Shown: piece after piece, positions 17,037 through 28,022 of the stretch
Layout: every line of letters starts with the position of its first letter
Numbering within the stretch: the first letter of the stretch is position 1
From: Bdellovibrionota bacterium
GTDB taxonomy: Bacteria > Bdellovibrionota_C > UBA2361 > OMII01
NCBI GenBank assembly: GCA_044345405.1
Contig: JBIJBE010000001.1
Span: forward strand, 64,001-128,000
Direction of reading: 5' to 3'
DNA length: 64,000 nt
Made by a program: the position numbers and the translations under genes
The notes under the pieces: model-generated
Seen by the model: the letters and a program-made list of their open reading frames with translations, nothing else
Database searches by the model: none
Told to the model about the DNA's origin: nothing

Positions 17037-18698
17037 ATGATTGAGAATCGTCAAGATGCGAGAGATGGTGACCGACACGATCGTGAACCGCGCGGTCAAT
17101 CCCTCGAGGGAATCTCCCTCAATCGCCCTGACTGGAAGGAACACTGGGCATCACTTTCTCGCATTGGTTGCTCGAGCGAGCTTCTAGAATCCAAGATCTT
17201 TCGCCTTAGAGAGCTTCAAGAGGCACTCGCGCTGTATCACGTGACCGCCTCCACTGAGGCGGCTGCCCCACCATATAATCTCGACGACCGAGAACGGCTT
17301 CACGCAGAGATTCTGAAGCTTGATGAGAGTCTTTCGACATTTTCGAATTTCATGAAGGAGGTTCGACGAATGAATCTCTCCCCATCGCGGATGGGACTGG
17401 AGTTTAGTGACCCGCTTTTCAGCTACTATTCTTCAGAGCGGAGGTTGGCGGATTTCGCGGCATTTAAGGAGGGCGCGCCTCTTCCTCCAGGGTGCGAACA
17501 CCTCCACGCAAAGCTCTTCTGTAGGGAGATCGGACGATATGTAGAGGAGCTCAAGACGCTTCTCGCGGATCCTGTTGGAGAGGCTCAGAGAATTCCAAGT
17601 GTGCAAGACATTGATCTCTTCATGGGTATGATTATCGATCCTGTGGTGTTCCTCCCTTCATCCGAGTGGTGTGGGGTCATTCAGGTATGCAGAGGCCTCA
17701 CCGACGCTGGAATACTAACGCCCTCGAGGTTTCTCGATTTCGCAAACTCTTTCATCGGGCGAGATCCCGCGAGTGACACGACCATTGAGATGGTCTGTGG
17801 ATCTCTTCCCTCGCTTCGGGGAGGGTTTGCTCCAGAGGCGGATGAATCCCTTTATCGTCTTGGGGTATCGCTCGCTCAGAAGCGAGGTTGGGAACACCTT
17901 TTTGAACGCCCCTTTATATCTTCCCATCCGATAACTGAGTTCGGCTATTTCTCAGAGTTGCTCCACCGAGCGGCGGATTTTAATGTGGAGAGCCGAGAGA
18001 ACCGGAGGGTTATCATGTCGAGGGTTCTGTATCATCACGCGATCCTCCGTGTTAGTCCAAGTGAGGGTAAATGGTATAGCGAGGGTACCGCGCGTGCGCA
18101 GGCCGCGATGATAAAGATCATGGAGCATGATCCGGCGGACTTCGCTATCGAGTCCCTTCGGTTAGCTCACCGTGTGTTGTGGCGGAGGTGGGAAGACCTA
18201 GGACACCTCTGGAGAGGAGCTACTCTCGGGGTAGGGTTCGGGGATCCCTCGGTACAGCACACCTTTCTGCGTTATATTCTCCAAGATCGATACGCGGTCG
18301 GTGCGCTGAAGGGAATCCTATCGGAGGGCGCTACCTCGTTGGGCGCCAACTCCCATTTGGTACGGGGGCTGCGGCAGATCCTCAAGGATAGAAGAAGCGG
18401 GGATTCGGATATATTGTTTCCCGACAACGCCGTGCGCGCGCTTGAGTTGTTGGATCATACCGGCTCGCTCGGCCTGGCCGCTGCCCCTGAGGTGCTCTCG
18501 CTACTAGGCATCTCCGCCTACGAGATTCCGTTATTCGGGGGGCTGATATCGGCTCCGTGGCCGTGCTCAATGGACCCCGATAGTAGCGTCCAGCGAAGGG
18601 CGCGAGCGCTCGTCGCGCGGTGGGAGGCAGAGTACGGTGCTCTCAGTCCCGCAATTCAGTCGAAGCTCGCTCGATACGATGCCAGGTTTGCCTCCTAG
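17037..18698 (+). CDS. Hypothetical helical protein
   Basis: 553-aa ORF with GGGGGAG RBS; no recognisable motif. Confidence 0.7.
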   Translation: MIENRQDARDGDRHDREPRGQSLEGISLNRPDWKEHWASLSRIGCSSELLESKIFRLRELQEALALYHVTASTEAAAPPYNLDDRERLHAEILKLDESLSTFSNFMKEVRRMNLSPSRMGLEFSDPLFSYYSSERRLADFAAFKEGAPLPPGCEHLHAKLFCREIGRYVEELKTLLADPVGEAQRIPSVQDIDLFMGMIIDPVVFLPSSEWCGVIQVCRGLTDAGILTPSRFLDFANSFIGRDPASDTTIEMVCGSLPSLRGGFAPEADESLYRLGVSLAQKRGWEHLFERPFISSHPITEFGYFSELLHRAADFNVESRENRRVIMSRVLYHHAILRVSPSEGKWYSEGTARAQAAMIKIMEHDPADFAIESLRLAHRVLWRRWEDLGHLWRGATLGVGFGDPSVQHTFLRYILQDRYAVGALKGILSEGATSLGANSHLVRGLRQILKDRRSGDSDILFPDNAVRALELLDHTGSLGLAAAPEVLSLLGISAYEIPLFGGLISAPWPCSMDPDSSVQRRARALVARWEAEYGALSPAIQSKLARYDARFAS

Positions 18699-18730
18699 GG
18701 AGGGCTGTACTAGACCGAGCGCTCCAAGCC

Positions 18731-21556
18731 CTACTTTCGCGCCTCCCACTGGTACGTGAGCTTCCTGTCGCCAGGCATGGACTCGGTGGTCTTGCCTGAC
18801 AGGATTCCCTTCTCAAGATCGAACTCAGCCTCTGATGAGGTCATGGCGTCACCGTGAGCGTCTCTGAGGAGTGAGGTGAAGGTAACTCGATACCGTGTGC
18901 CCTCGCGGGATGAGATCGTACCGGTGAAGGGGCGCATGGTTTGAATGACCTTGACCGTACCCGATACATCTCGAACCGGGATCTCTGTGACCGAGAGTCC
19001 TGAAACCGCTCTACCCGTGCGCGCCGTAATAAGAAGCATGCCGCGAGGTAAGGTGTCCTTATCCTCCTTTGCTTTCCAGAACCATGCGCCATTGAGGCGT
19101 GGGTCATTGGCGAGGGCCGAGGTAGTTCCGTCGGGCACAGTTGAGGACGTCTCCGTTGTATGTTCGCGTTCCTTCACCAGTCCCTCGGGTTGGGTAAGCT
19201 CTCGTGCGGCGAACTGTTGTCGCGCGAGGAGCTCCGCCTGTGTGCGGGCCCCTTCGCTAAACCAGTCGACGGTCTCGCCGATTCGCTCTGTGCCGTCGGA
19301 GGAGACGGCGTAGCCCTGTTTCACATGGATGTTTCTCGTGCTGGCGTCCTGCGTACGTGGTCCAATGAAGAGTTTCGTCACTCCCAGGTCGGTGATCGTT
19401 CGCACCTCACCAGCGCCGACCACCGCGTCCGATCCACGATCGAACCACAAGGCGAGTGGTTCGAGCTCGGTGCCCGATATCTCTCCGTCCCCGTTATGAT
19501 CGAGTGTTTCCAGCGCCTCGTAGCCATCGCGCCATGGTCGTGGAGCGGTTGCCGCGTCGAGCGAGGTGGTTGCGCTTCGTTGCCCACCGAAGGTCCAGTT
19601 TCCAAAGAGTTGGTCCGCCGAGGTGACCGCTCCCTTGTGGGCAGGATCGTAGACTAAGAGTGGAGTCTCTTCAGAGCCGTGCCACATGTACCAGTTGTCC
19701 GAACGACTCTTGTCGAGCGCGAACTGGACGATCGAGCCGTGAGCGGTTATCGGTCGGGAGGTGTTCCACATGAGGGAGATAGGGGATGATGGATAGAAGG
19801 TAATCTTGGTCGCGCCGCAGGTTCTCTTCGAGGCTACCTGAGACACAGGAATCACGTTACAGGCGGCGTCTAAGTAAATCTTTGTGTCGATGCATGCGCC
19901 CTCCCAATGCACATACCCAGGAGCGCCCACAGGCGCGCGTTTTACGCACTCGATCTTTCCTGGATCCTCCGCCGGTACCGCGCCATATGCCCAAATTCTT
20001 GCCTCCGGATTGCACCAACATTGTGGTGTTCTCGGAGTGTTATCTTTTGTGCACGGTGAGCTGCAATTCGGAGCGGTGTTTTTAAGGTCGTTGTAGAATA
20101 CGCCGTACCGAACTTTGGCGAGGTCGTCGAGGAACCAAATAGCCCAGTAGTCGTCGTGATAGTGGAAGTTGCCCTCGATGTCCCAAAACTTCGGATCTTT
20201 TTCGGTGTACACGGCCATCTTCGATATCTTGTCCCGCCAATGATTGAGGCAGCTTGGGGTTCCTGATTTGAGCGGAGGAAAGACCTTGTCAAACGAGTAG
20301 TGCCCGAAATCCCCGATCGGATCGTCGATTTTTTGTCCCTCAACCTCAGCGACGAAGAGGTCGCATGGTGCCGGTTCGTCCTGGCACATAACTTCTGTCT
20401 TGATTGAGAACGCTGCCCAATCGTGCCAGCCTGACGTGCTCGGCACTCGAGCCTCTCCTTGGATGGTCGCGGTGCTATTCATGAGTGAGCCCTGGCGAGC
20501 TGAAACCGTCACATTGCGGACCTCTCCACTCACGGTCACGCCGTTCGGGCGTAGCAGCTGTACACTCACGTTTGGAGTAGCCCCGTTGCTCCACGAAACC
20601 GCCAACGTCGCGCGATATGACCATCCACCAAGTGAACCGGTCGCGCTTCCTGAAATTGTTGCGCTTCCACCTCTGATAAGGCGGGAGCCGGATTGACTAT
20701 CCACCATGACCATTCCGGTGCCGGTTGCGCTGCGCATCGCCCATCTGTTGCCGGACGGCACGGTGCCGCCATTTACAGTTGCGGTAAATGGAACCTCAAA
20801 TGTGCCCTCCGTGCACTGTGATGGCGGGGTTGGTGTACATGGTGAAGCTTCACGGGTCGTAGTCTCAGTGTCACCCACACGGTTCGTGCAGCAAGGGTCC
20901 GATATCGCTGTGACCTTCCGTATTATCCTCTGCCCACACGGTGTTGGTTGATCCTGCCAGGTAACCACACAGCTGTTTGGATCTTTTGTCTGAACCACCT
21001 TACATGTGCCGGGATTTGCGGGATCGCACTGATAGGTCGTGCATCCATCAGCGGAAGGTGGACACGTCGCTGGTGCCCCTGTCGCTCCGCACTTACCGGT
21101 TGAGGTGGCGCAGCTGTACGCTTGGCACGCGTTGACGCCGCTAGTAGGTGTGCACGGTCGCGGACTTGATGGCAGGACATTCTTTGACTGCCACGATGCC
21201 GTGCTGCCGCTCGCGACGCACTCTTTGACATAGTCCATGCAACTACCCGGTACTGGCTCAGGCGCTGTTTCATATCCGGCCGCGAGTCCGTCGCACGACG
21301 GGCCGATGGTGTTTACGGTTTCTGGGCTTTTGAGAGTGATGCCACCACCCTTGGATTGAGCCGCGAGTTCCTGCGTTTGAGGAGATAGAACGGAGATAAG
21401 AATATACGCTAGAGCGAACGCCAGCATGCCCCTACGTGCGGAGTGCGCACGCCGCAGACGTGGGTGGTGCCCCATCTCTAGGGGGGCTCTTTGATTGTTC
21501 ACAGTGCGGCTCCCGTTTACTAGGTGCTTATCGGGACGGACGGCACACGGCTTCAA
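18731..21556 (-). CDS. Large secreted Cys-rich protein with FrpC-SPM-like/EF-hand module
   Basis: Hydrophobic signal segment (true start probably downstream of 21556); Cys-rich repeats; [47 protein letters not shown]. Confidence 0.75.
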   Translation of the reverse strand: MKPCAVRPDKHLVNGSRTVNNQRAPLEMGHHPRLRRAHSARRGMLAFALAYILISVLSPQTQELAAQSKGGGITLKSPETVNTIGPSCDGLAAGYETAPEPVPGSCMDYVKECVASGSTASWQSKNVLPSSPRPCTPTSGVNACQAYSCATSTGKCGATGAPATCPPSADGCTTYQCDPANPGTCKVVQTKDPNSCVVTWQDQPTPCGQRIIRKVTAISDPCCTNRVGDTETTTREASPCTPTPPSQCTEGTFEVPFTATVNGGTVPSGNRWAMRSATGTGMVMVDSQSGSRLIRGGSATISGSATGSLGGWSYRATLAVSWSNGATPNVSVQLLRPNGVTVSGEVRNVTVSARQGSLMNSTATIQGEARVPSTSGWHDWAAFSIKTEVMCQDEPAPCDLFVAEVEGQKIDDPIGDFGHYSFDKVFPPLKSGTPSCLNHWRDKISKMAVYTEKDPKFWDIEGNFHYHDDYWAIWFLDDLAKVRYGVFYNDLKNTAPNCSSPCTKDNTPRTPQCWCNPEARIWAYGAVPAEDPGKIECVKRAPVGAPGYVHWEGACIDTKIYLDAACNVIPVSQVASKRTCGATKITFYPSSPISLMWNTSRPITAHGSIVQFALDKSRSDNWYMWHGSEETPLLVYDPAHKGAVTSADQLFGNWTFGGQRSATTSLDAATAPRPWRDGYEALETLDHNGDGEISGTELEPLALWFDRGSDAVVGAGEVRTITDLGVTKLFIGPRTQDASTRNIHVKQGYAVSSDGTERIGETVDWFSEGARTQAELLARQQFAARELTQPEGLVKEREHTTETSSTVPDGTTSALANDPRLNGAWFWKAKEDKDTLPRGMLLITARTGRAVSGLSVTEIPVRDVSGTVKVIQTMRPFTGTISSREGTRYRVTFTSLLRDAHGDAMTSSEAEFDLEKGILSGKTTESMPGDRKLTYQWEARK
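21528..21555 (-). promoter_or_regulatory. Putative sigma-28-type promoter
   Basis: Minus strand TGAA-N16-CCCGATAA upstream of the probable start of the secreted protein. Confidence 0.35.
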
Positions 21557-21701
21557 GGACTTAAGGTTTTATCTCTCAATTTGTCCGAAAATAGTTCGCA
21601 GGGATTAAAAGGGGTAGAAAGAGGGGGTTGGGTGGCACGGTGGGCTCAGAGCGGGGCGGCGATAGGGAAGCAGGGGATGGGTTAAAGGGCGCCTCACATC
21701 C

Positions 21702-22376
21702 TTAGGCCGCCCCCCTGTGCTCCTTTCGAACGATAATGAGGTGCCGTGTAATATCGGTCCCCGGCAATGGAGTTGTGATGACCCGCTCGATCTTTCCGCC
21801 GAGGCGCTTGAGAAGGGGGTCGCTCCCCTCAACTTCTTGCTCGTAACCGCTTCCCTTCATCGCCACAACGATCCCGCCGACCTTGGCGAGAGGAAGGAGC
21901 CACTCCATCAATTTCGGAAACGCCGCGACGGCGCGTGAGACAACCACGTCGTAGCCGTTTCGGTGCTGTGGCATGGTGGCGAGCGTTTCAGCGCGGGAGT
22001 GAACACCGATGCAGTTTTTGATGCCGCACTCGTGCGCCGTAAACTCGACGAACTTCACCTTCTTGAGCGTTGAGTCGAGAAGGGTGACGCGCGAGTTCGG
22101 AAGGAGCGCCGCGAGCGGTACTCCCGGGAAACCGGCCCCCGTTCCTACGTCGATTATCTTTAGGGGACTGTCCTTCGGAAGCGCCAGGAGCGCGGTGAGC
22201 GAATCCAACAGGTGGAGGGTAACGTAGTCCGTTCGAGGTATACGGGTGAGGTTAAAGGATCGGTTCGTGACGTCGAGCGCCTCGAGGTAAGCGATGAGCG
22301 ACGTCGTCTGGTCAGGGGTGATCTCAAATCCGAGCTCTTTCAAGCCGTCGGCAAGTTGTTCGTGTTCAGGTTTCAT
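21702..22376 (-). CDS. rsmG: 16S rRNA m7G527 methyltransferase
   Basis: FNLTRI..HLLDSL, IDVGTGAGFPGVPLA, VVSRAVA, AMKG motifs. Confidence 0.95.
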   Translation of the reverse strand: MKPEHEQLADGLKELGFEITPDQTTSLIAYLEALDVTNRSFNLTRIPRTDYVTLHLLDSLTALLALPKDSPLKIIDVGTGAGFPGVPLAALLPNSRVTLLDSTLKKVKFVEFTAHECGIKNCIGVHSRAETLATMPQHRNGYDVVVSRAVAAFPKLMEWLLPLAKVGGIVVAMKGSGYEQEVEGSDPLLKRLGGKIERVITTPLPGTDITRHLIIVRKEHRGAA

Positions 22377-22387
22377 AGAGAGGTTCG

Positions 22388-23605
22388 TTAGGGGAGTCGC
22401 TCAGCGACGATGACCCACGGTTTGTCATGGTAGCGGAAAAAGAAGACAACTCCAAATGGGGAGGTATGGGTGTGTTTCGGGAGGTCGAGCTCAGCTCGGA
22501 TCTGTTCGATCTCACCCGAGAAATTTCGCTTCTTCAGCTCGGTCCTGTTGCTCCATCCCAGGCGTGTTAGGGTCTCTTTGAGTTTTTTCTTTGAGAAGGG
22601 GAGGTTCTCCAGCACTCGGTACGCGGTGTAGAGGGGGGAGGGGGCTGGCTGGGTTGAAGAGATGCCGTAGGCGACATCGTGCGCCACTGGTTGAATGTTG
22701 TGTTCAAAGAAGAAGGCCTCAAGCTTCTGACATCGGTTGAGCGTTCCGTGCGCTTCGACGAGGTAGCCCTCAAGATCGTCGGCGATGAACGGTGTTCCTC
22801 CGTTGTCTGATGGCTCCCACGCTGCCGCTCGGTCGGTTACAACGATGCTCGAATCTTTAATTGGGCTTCCGTACCACAGCGTCTGCTCAAGGCACTCCTC
22901 GCCGAAGCCGACGAACTGCCGAACCCACCCCTCGAGTGCCTCGGGGCTGGTCCCTGAGGGACTCGGCTCAACGAAGAGGCCCGGACTAATCTTGAGAGCT
23001 CGCAGTGAGGCGATGTTCAACGAGAGGAGAAAAGAGAGAGGAGGTGAGTAATCCTCACCGCTCTTGATGCGTTCCCCGGTCCGGGTTCTTCGGGCGGGAT
23101 CGGCGTAGAGCGCGTCAAATGATTCGGTGAGCGTTGGAACGATCGCTTGCGCGTCTCCAACGAGAAAAGTCACGTTCGTGATCCCTTGGAGCGCGAGGTT
23201 TCGCCTCGCCAGTTCCGAAGCGACCGGATCTCCATCGATCGTTGTGACATGCTTCGCTACCTTGGCGAGCGCCGCGGTGTCGGAACCCGTGCCCGTTCCG
23301 ATCTCAAGGACGTGTGTTCGTCCGGCGAAGAACTGCGCTCGATAGGATGCGATCGAGTGTCGAGAAGCTTGTTGGAGGAGGCTTAGGGAGAAGTGCCCAT
23401 CTTTGGCCCACTCGCCGAGTTTGTCGGCGGCTTGTCGACGAGCGATGAACGTCTCTACGGCTAGGTTAAGTTCGCGCGTGTCAGAGTTCGGAAAAGCCTT
23501 TCGCAATTTCAACACCAGCGCAGGGGCATCCAGCTTCGATGAGCTCTCTGAGAGGCTTTGTAGCGCCTGCTCGTAGGTTGTCCATGTGTTGTTTGAGGTG
23601 CTCAC
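22388..23605 (-). CDS. Class I SAM-dependent methyltransferase with THUMP-like C-terminus
   Basis: LQQAS..IASYRA, LEIGTGTGSD, YADPARR, KISPG motifs. Confidence 0.85.
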   Translation of the reverse strand: MSTSNNTWTTYEQALQSLSESSSKLDAPALVLKLRKAFPNSDTRELNLAVETFIARRQAADKLGEWAKDGHFSLSLLQQASRHSIASYRAQFFAGRTHVLEIGTGTGSDTAALAKVAKHVTTIDGDPVASELARRNLALQGITNVTFLVGDAQAIVPTLTESFDALYADPARRTRTGERIKSGEDYSPPLSFLLSLNIASLRALKISPGLFVEPSPSGTSPEALEGWVRQFVGFGEECLEQTLWYGSPIKDSSIVVTDRAAAWEPSDNGGTPFIADDLEGYLVEAHGTLNRCQKLEAFFFEHNIQPVAHDVAYGISSTQPAPSPLYTAYRVLENLPFSKKKLKETLTRLGWSNRTELKKRNFSGEIEQIRAELDLPKHTHTSPFGVVFFFRYHDKPWVIVAERLP

Positions 23606-23737
23606 GAGGCGCGTTTGTCCGATGGTGTCGTAGTGTTTGTTCGATTAGTCCTGCGTTTTGGAAAGAGTGTCAAGTCTGAGGAATATCACATCCTCTCATA
23701 TTGCTGAGGCCTCCTGAGAGGGGATACTCTGCAAGCT

Positions 23738-24406
23738 ATGGAAGTTCCTCTCAAAGCTCGACATCTCACCAAGATCTTTCGCAACGGCGGAGCGGAGACG
23801 GCGGTCCTTCGCGGGGTAACTCTCGATATTCAGCAAGGCGAATTCGTCGCGCTCATGGGGCCCTCAGGGTGTGGGAAGAGTACGCTTCTCAATATCCTTG
23901 GGCTCGCGGATCGTCCTACATCAGGGGAGGTCGTTATCGGAGGCTCCTCTACCGAAGGTGCCTCCAACCATACTCTTCAGCTGCTCCGTCGTCAGAAGCT
24001 CGGCTACGTCTTTCAACAATTCAATCTCCTCTCCACACTCACCGCTCGCGAGAATGTCATGGTGCCGCTTATCCTGAATGGTGCCATCGTCGAGTCCGCC
24101 GGAGAGCGCGCGGATGAACTATTGGCTCGGGTCGGTTTGGGGGGCCGTGGAGACGCGATGCCCTACAGTTTATCGGGAGGTGAAATGCAGCGGGTGGCGA
24201 TAGCTCGGGCCGTAGCGCACAGGCCACTCGTTATCTTGGCGGATGAACCGACCGGAAGTCTGGATTCTAAGACGGGGGCGCGGGTGCTTGAGCTTCTCAA
24301 GGAGCAGACGGGCCATGGCATCGCGGTTCTCATGGCGACTCACAGTGACACCGCGAGCGCGGTTTGCTCACGAGTGCTTCATATGCGGGATGGCGTTCTG
24401 GAATAG
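23738..24406 (+). CDS. ABC transporter ATP-binding protein (LolD/MacB-like)
   Basis: [30 protein letters not shown]. Confidence 0.95.
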   Translation: MEVPLKARHLTKIFRNGGAETAVLRGVTLDIQQGEFVALMGPSGCGKSTLLNILGLADRPTSGEVVIGGSSTEGASNHTLQLLRRQKLGYVFQQFNLLSTLTARENVMVPLILNGAIVESAGERADELLARVGLGGRGDAMPYSLSGGEMQRVAIARAVAHRPLVILADEPTGSLDSKTGARVLELLKEQTGHGIAVLMATHSDTASAVCSRVLHMRDGVLE

Positions 24407-24416
24407 GTGAGTCGCG

Positions 24417-26918
24417 ATGCCCTCCTCAACCCTCATGCCCCGATGGCTCTTTGAACGCTTCATACTGAGAAGATCTCTGCGCAATCCTGTTCGGCTGTTG
24501 TTGCTTCTGTGCGCGATCGCGGTTTCTACCACTCTGGTGTCCTCTGTTCTCCGCGTGAGTTTGGCGAGCGTTACTTCGTTCGAGGAGTCCCTTGGTTACT
24601 CCGGCGATGAGTATCCGCTGATCGTGACACCGCGGGGAGGCCGTCTTTCGATGCGCGAGGTTGGGAGTTGTCTCTCCGCACTGAGGAACGCGTTCACTAT
24701 CGTGACGTATCGTCGGGAGGTCGGTGAAGCGCAAACGCCAACAGGGCCACGAGCGGTGTCGGTGATCGGCGTCACCGGGATTGAGGATCTCTCAACCTCT
24801 GAGCTCGGTCAGAGCGGAGTCGTGACCTCTGAACGAATAGCGAAGTTGCTTGATCACGGGGAGGGAGAGACCCTTCGCCTTACGGTCGCTGGACGGTCGC
24901 TGGAGGGACCTATTGCTATAGAATCCGCTAGCACAGGCCTATCACTAGAGGGCGTTGTTGTTCCCCTCTCATGGCTCTCTCGGGGTGAAGGTGAGGTGAT
25001 CGCCGACGCGATCCTTCTTAAGCCGCGGCGGGCCGCTCCCCTGGAGCAGTACCAACGCTCGTTGGGAGAGTTCCTCTCCTCATGCGGCTCGCTCTCGGTG
25101 CCGCTGCAGGTTGATTCCGTAACGAGTCGGATTGAACGGGGCGAGAGCCTCGTCGCCGCGTATCGTTTTAACATCATGATCATGGCGGGCATGACCCTGC
25201 TGGTGTGCGCGTTGTTGATCTCCCAGGCGACCCAGCTCAGTTTGCGGTCACTCGCCCGGGAGCTCTCCGTGTTGCAAACGCTCGGTGTCGGAAAGACCGG
25301 CTGCTTCGCCGCCATCGTGCTCGAGGCGGCGATCGTGGGTGGTGTCGGCGCGGTGCTTGGTGTCACCGTGGGAGAGCCTCTCACCGTGCGCTTGACGGAG
25401 CTCTTTCTTCAGACGGCCCATGATATCTATAACCTGAGCTTGGGTGGTAGTGATTCGCTCCATCTCGCGCAGCGCGTTGTCGTTGTTGTTGGAATGGTGC
25501 TCATGGCGAGCGTTGGATCGGCGCTCGGGACGTTCGAGGCGTTACGAGTCTCGCCATCCGTGGGGACACGTATCGAGCACCTTCATGTGAAACCTATCCC
25601 CGTTAGGTGGGCCGGGTCTTGCGCGGGTGTTAGTTGCGCGGTGTTTGCCGTGGCATACGCCGCGGCAACCCTTACTACCTCACCGGTCTGCGCCTATCTT
25701 TTTATCGCGGCGTGTCTGGCATTGGTCGCCGGGTGTACCCCTGCAGCGCTCGCTATCGCTCCCCGCGCGTTGCGGTGGTCTCGGGGCTCACTGCTGATGT
25801 GGTTCGCGCGTGGAGGGATTCAGGTTGGCGGGCGTGGTTTCCTGTTAGGGGCTATCGGCGCCGCGTTGAGCATGACACTTATCTGCTCCCTTTCGCTCAT
25901 GGTAGGGAGCTTCCGGACCACGCTTGAGCGGTGGACCCTTCAGCGCCTGCAAGGCGATCTCTTTGTTTCCGCCGCGCTCGAGGGAGCGGGAACTAACACC
26001 CGCATTCCCACAGATCTCGCCCCCCGCGTTCGAGGTCTCCCGGGGGTTCGGCGGGTTATCCCCTATTATGAGACGATGACGACCTATCAGGGGCTTCCAC
26101 TGGTCGTGAGCGCTTCTCGGATGGAGGATCAGCTCGCGCGAGGGATCTACGTGGTACGGACGGGTGCTCTTGAGAAGGAGGTCCTTATCTCGGGACGTGG
26201 AGCGCTCCTCAGTGAGAGTGCCGCTCGGAAGCTTCACCTCTCGGTTGGAGATTCGATGGTGATTGAGGGGAGACGGGTACTTGTCACCGCCATCATTCAA
26301 GAGTTTGGGACGGAGCATCCCCTCGCTCAGATTGATGAGGGGCTTTTTCTGGAGATCTATCCCCGACAGCAGCCGGAAAATCTCACCATCGACCTGGAGG
26401 GGAATGTGAGTCCGCGCGTGGCGAAAGGGGGCCTTGAGGGCGTTGTGGGCACGGTTGGCATTGTGCGGGACAATCGAGAGCTTCGAGAGTACGCCCTCAC
26501 TCTTTTCGACAGAACCTTCCAGATAACGCTCAGTATTCGATGGATCGTGTTCGGTATCGCCTTGCTAGGGATGGTGTTGAGCGCTCTTCAGAATCTGTGG
26601 GAGCGGCGGCGTGAGATAAAGACGATGAGAGTTCTTGGCTTCTCTTCAAATCAGATCATGGGCGCTCACGTCCTTGAAAACACCGTGGTGTGTGCCCTTC
26701 CGGTCATCCTCGGTCTTGTGGTTGGTGTCGCGCTAGGATGGGGACTCACCGAGTTTGTGAATCCTCGCGCGTTTGGTTGGTCTATCGATTTCACCCTCTC
26801 CGTTATGCCGGCTGTGGTCGGATTCGCGTTTATTGTTGGAGTCGCGCTTGTGACGTTGGTGGCTATAGGCGTTGTGTTGAGAGGATTACTTGAGGAGGCT
26901 ACGTTGTCCGATGAATAA
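24417..26918 (+). CDS. ABC transporter permease, duplicated FtsX/MacB type (AttF/G-like)
   Basis: Two FtsX halves (RELSVLQTLG; ERRREIKTMRVLG), MVGSFRTTLERW, VNPRAFGW. Confidence 0.9.
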   Translation: MPSSTLMPRWLFERFILRRSLRNPVRLLLLLCAIAVSTTLVSSVLRVSLASVTSFEESLGYSGDEYPLIVTPRGGRLSMREVGSCLSALRNAFTIVTYRREVGEAQTPTGPRAVSVIGVTGIEDLSTSELGQSGVVTSERIAKLLDHGEGETLRLTVAGRSLEGPIAIESASTGLSLEGVVVPLSWLSRGEGEVIADAILLKPRRAAPLEQYQRSLGEFLSSCGSLSVPLQVDSVTSRIERGESLVAAYRFNIMIMAGMTLLVCALLISQATQLSLRSLARELSVLQTLGVGKTGCFAAIVLEAAIVGGVGAVLGVTVGEPLTVRLTELFLQTAHDIYNLSLGGSDSLHLAQRVVVVVGMVLMASVGSALGTFEALRVSPSVGTRIEHLHVKPIPVRWAGSCAGVSCAVFAVAYAAATLTTSPVCAYLFIAACLALVAGCTPAALAIAPRALRWSRGSLLMWFARGGIQVGGRGFLLGAIGAALSMTLICSLSLMVGSFRTTLERWTLQRLQGDLFVSAALEGAGTNTRIPTDLAPRVRGLPGVRRVIPYYETMTTYQGLPLVVSASRMEDQLARGIYVVRTGALEKEVLISGRGALLSESAARKLHLSVGDSMVIEGRRVLVTAIIQEFGTEHPLAQIDEGLFLEIYPRQQPENLTIDLEGNVSPRVAKGGLEGVVGTVGIVRDNRELREYALTLFDRTFQITLSIRWIVFGIALLGMVLSALQNLWERRREIKTMRVLGFSSNQIMGAHVLENTVVCALPVILGLVVGVALGWGLTEFVNPRAFGWSIDFTLSVMPAVVGFAFIVGVALVTLVAIGVVLRGLLEEATLSDE

Positions 26919-28014
26919 GATAGGTCGTGTCGCGACACTCATGGTGTGCGTTCTTTTTGGTATCGGCTCGGCCATATCGGACGAGCGGAGCTCCTCCCAA
27001 ACTTCGACGTTCCAACGCGCGCGTCCGGGATACTCGTGGTCCTTCCCAACGGACCACGGCCCTCATCCTCAGTTTCAAACCGAGTGGTGGTACTACACCG
27101 GGCATCTCTATCGAGAGGGAAGGGAGCCGTTTCGTGATCCTCCCGCCTATGGCTTTCAGCTTACCTTTTTTCGACGGGCCGAGACCCCTGACGGGCAGTC
27201 TCAGAGTGAGTTTCTCGCTCATGCCGCGGTAACTGATATCGCGACAGGGGCTACCACCTTCGCCTCTCGAAAGGGGGGCGCGCTTTTAGGCGCCGCGGGC
27301 GCTACACCATCGACCCTTGAGGTGTGGTCGGGTGATTGGTTAGCTGAGTTGGTCGGGGACGCGCACGTTTTGCGCTTTTCGCCGAGTAGGGGCGGGGACA
27401 CCTCCGTGAGGCTGCTCGGAAAAGCAACGGGAGGGCCTTGGCTACAGGGAGAGGGAGGTTTCAGCCGCAAGGGCACGTGTGAAACTTGCGCGTCTCACTA
27501 CTATTCAATCCCTCGTATCAGGATCTCCGGAGAGGTGCGCGACGGCACGAGGCTCACGCCGCTAACCGGGCTCGCCTGGATGGATCATGAATTCATGAGT
27601 AACACCCTATCCGCTGACCAGGTTGGATGGGATTGGATGGGGCTCATGCTTAAAGATGGACGGAACCTCACCGTGTTTCGGCTTCGCTCAGCCGATGGAG
27701 GAACGTCATACGCGTCCGCGACCGTTCAGCGAGAGGGGGAATCCGTAGTGGTTAAGGGCGAGGACCTAACGCTCACACCTGGCAAGGTGTGGGAGAGTCC
27801 TCGCACGAAAGCTCGGTATCCACTTGAGTGGCGGGTTCAGATCCCGGGCCACGGTATCGATCTCGTCGTGAAGGCGAGGGCTCAGATGTGCGAGGTGGGA
27901 GAGGGGGCTTCAGAGGTTGAGCCGCGATATTGGGAGGGTCCGGTTGTATCGGATAAAGAGAGTGCCATTGGGTACCTTGAGATGACGGGATACGCCGGGA
28001 AGATATCCCTGTAG
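26911..28014 (+). CDS. Lipocalin-like AttH/CrtC family protein
   Basis: FPTDHGPHPQFQTEWWYYTG, AWMDHEF, GWDW, YWEG, GYLEMTGY. Confidence 0.9.
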   Translation: MNKIGRVATLMVCVLFGIGSAISDERSSSQTSTFQRARPGYSWSFPTDHGPHPQFQTEWWYYTGHLYREGREPFRDPPAYGFQLTFFRRAETPDGQSQSEFLAHAAVTDIATGATTFASRKGGALLGAAGATPSTLEVWSGDWLAELVGDAHVLRFSPSRGGDTSVRLLGKATGGPWLQGEGGFSRKGTCETCASHYYSIPRIRISGEVRDGTRLTPLTGLAWMDHEFMSNTLSADQVGWDWMGLMLKDGRNLTVFRLRSADGGTSYASATVQREGESVVVKGEDLTLTPGKVWESPRTKARYPLEWRVQIPGHGIDLVVKARAQMCEVGEGASEVEPRYWEGPVVSDKESAIGYLEMTGYAGKISL

Positions 28015-28022
28015 CTGAATGA

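Noticed and set aside
23738-28014. ABC-FtsX-lipocalin operon as a novel system
   Set aside because: Matches the widespread AttEFGH-like arrangement.
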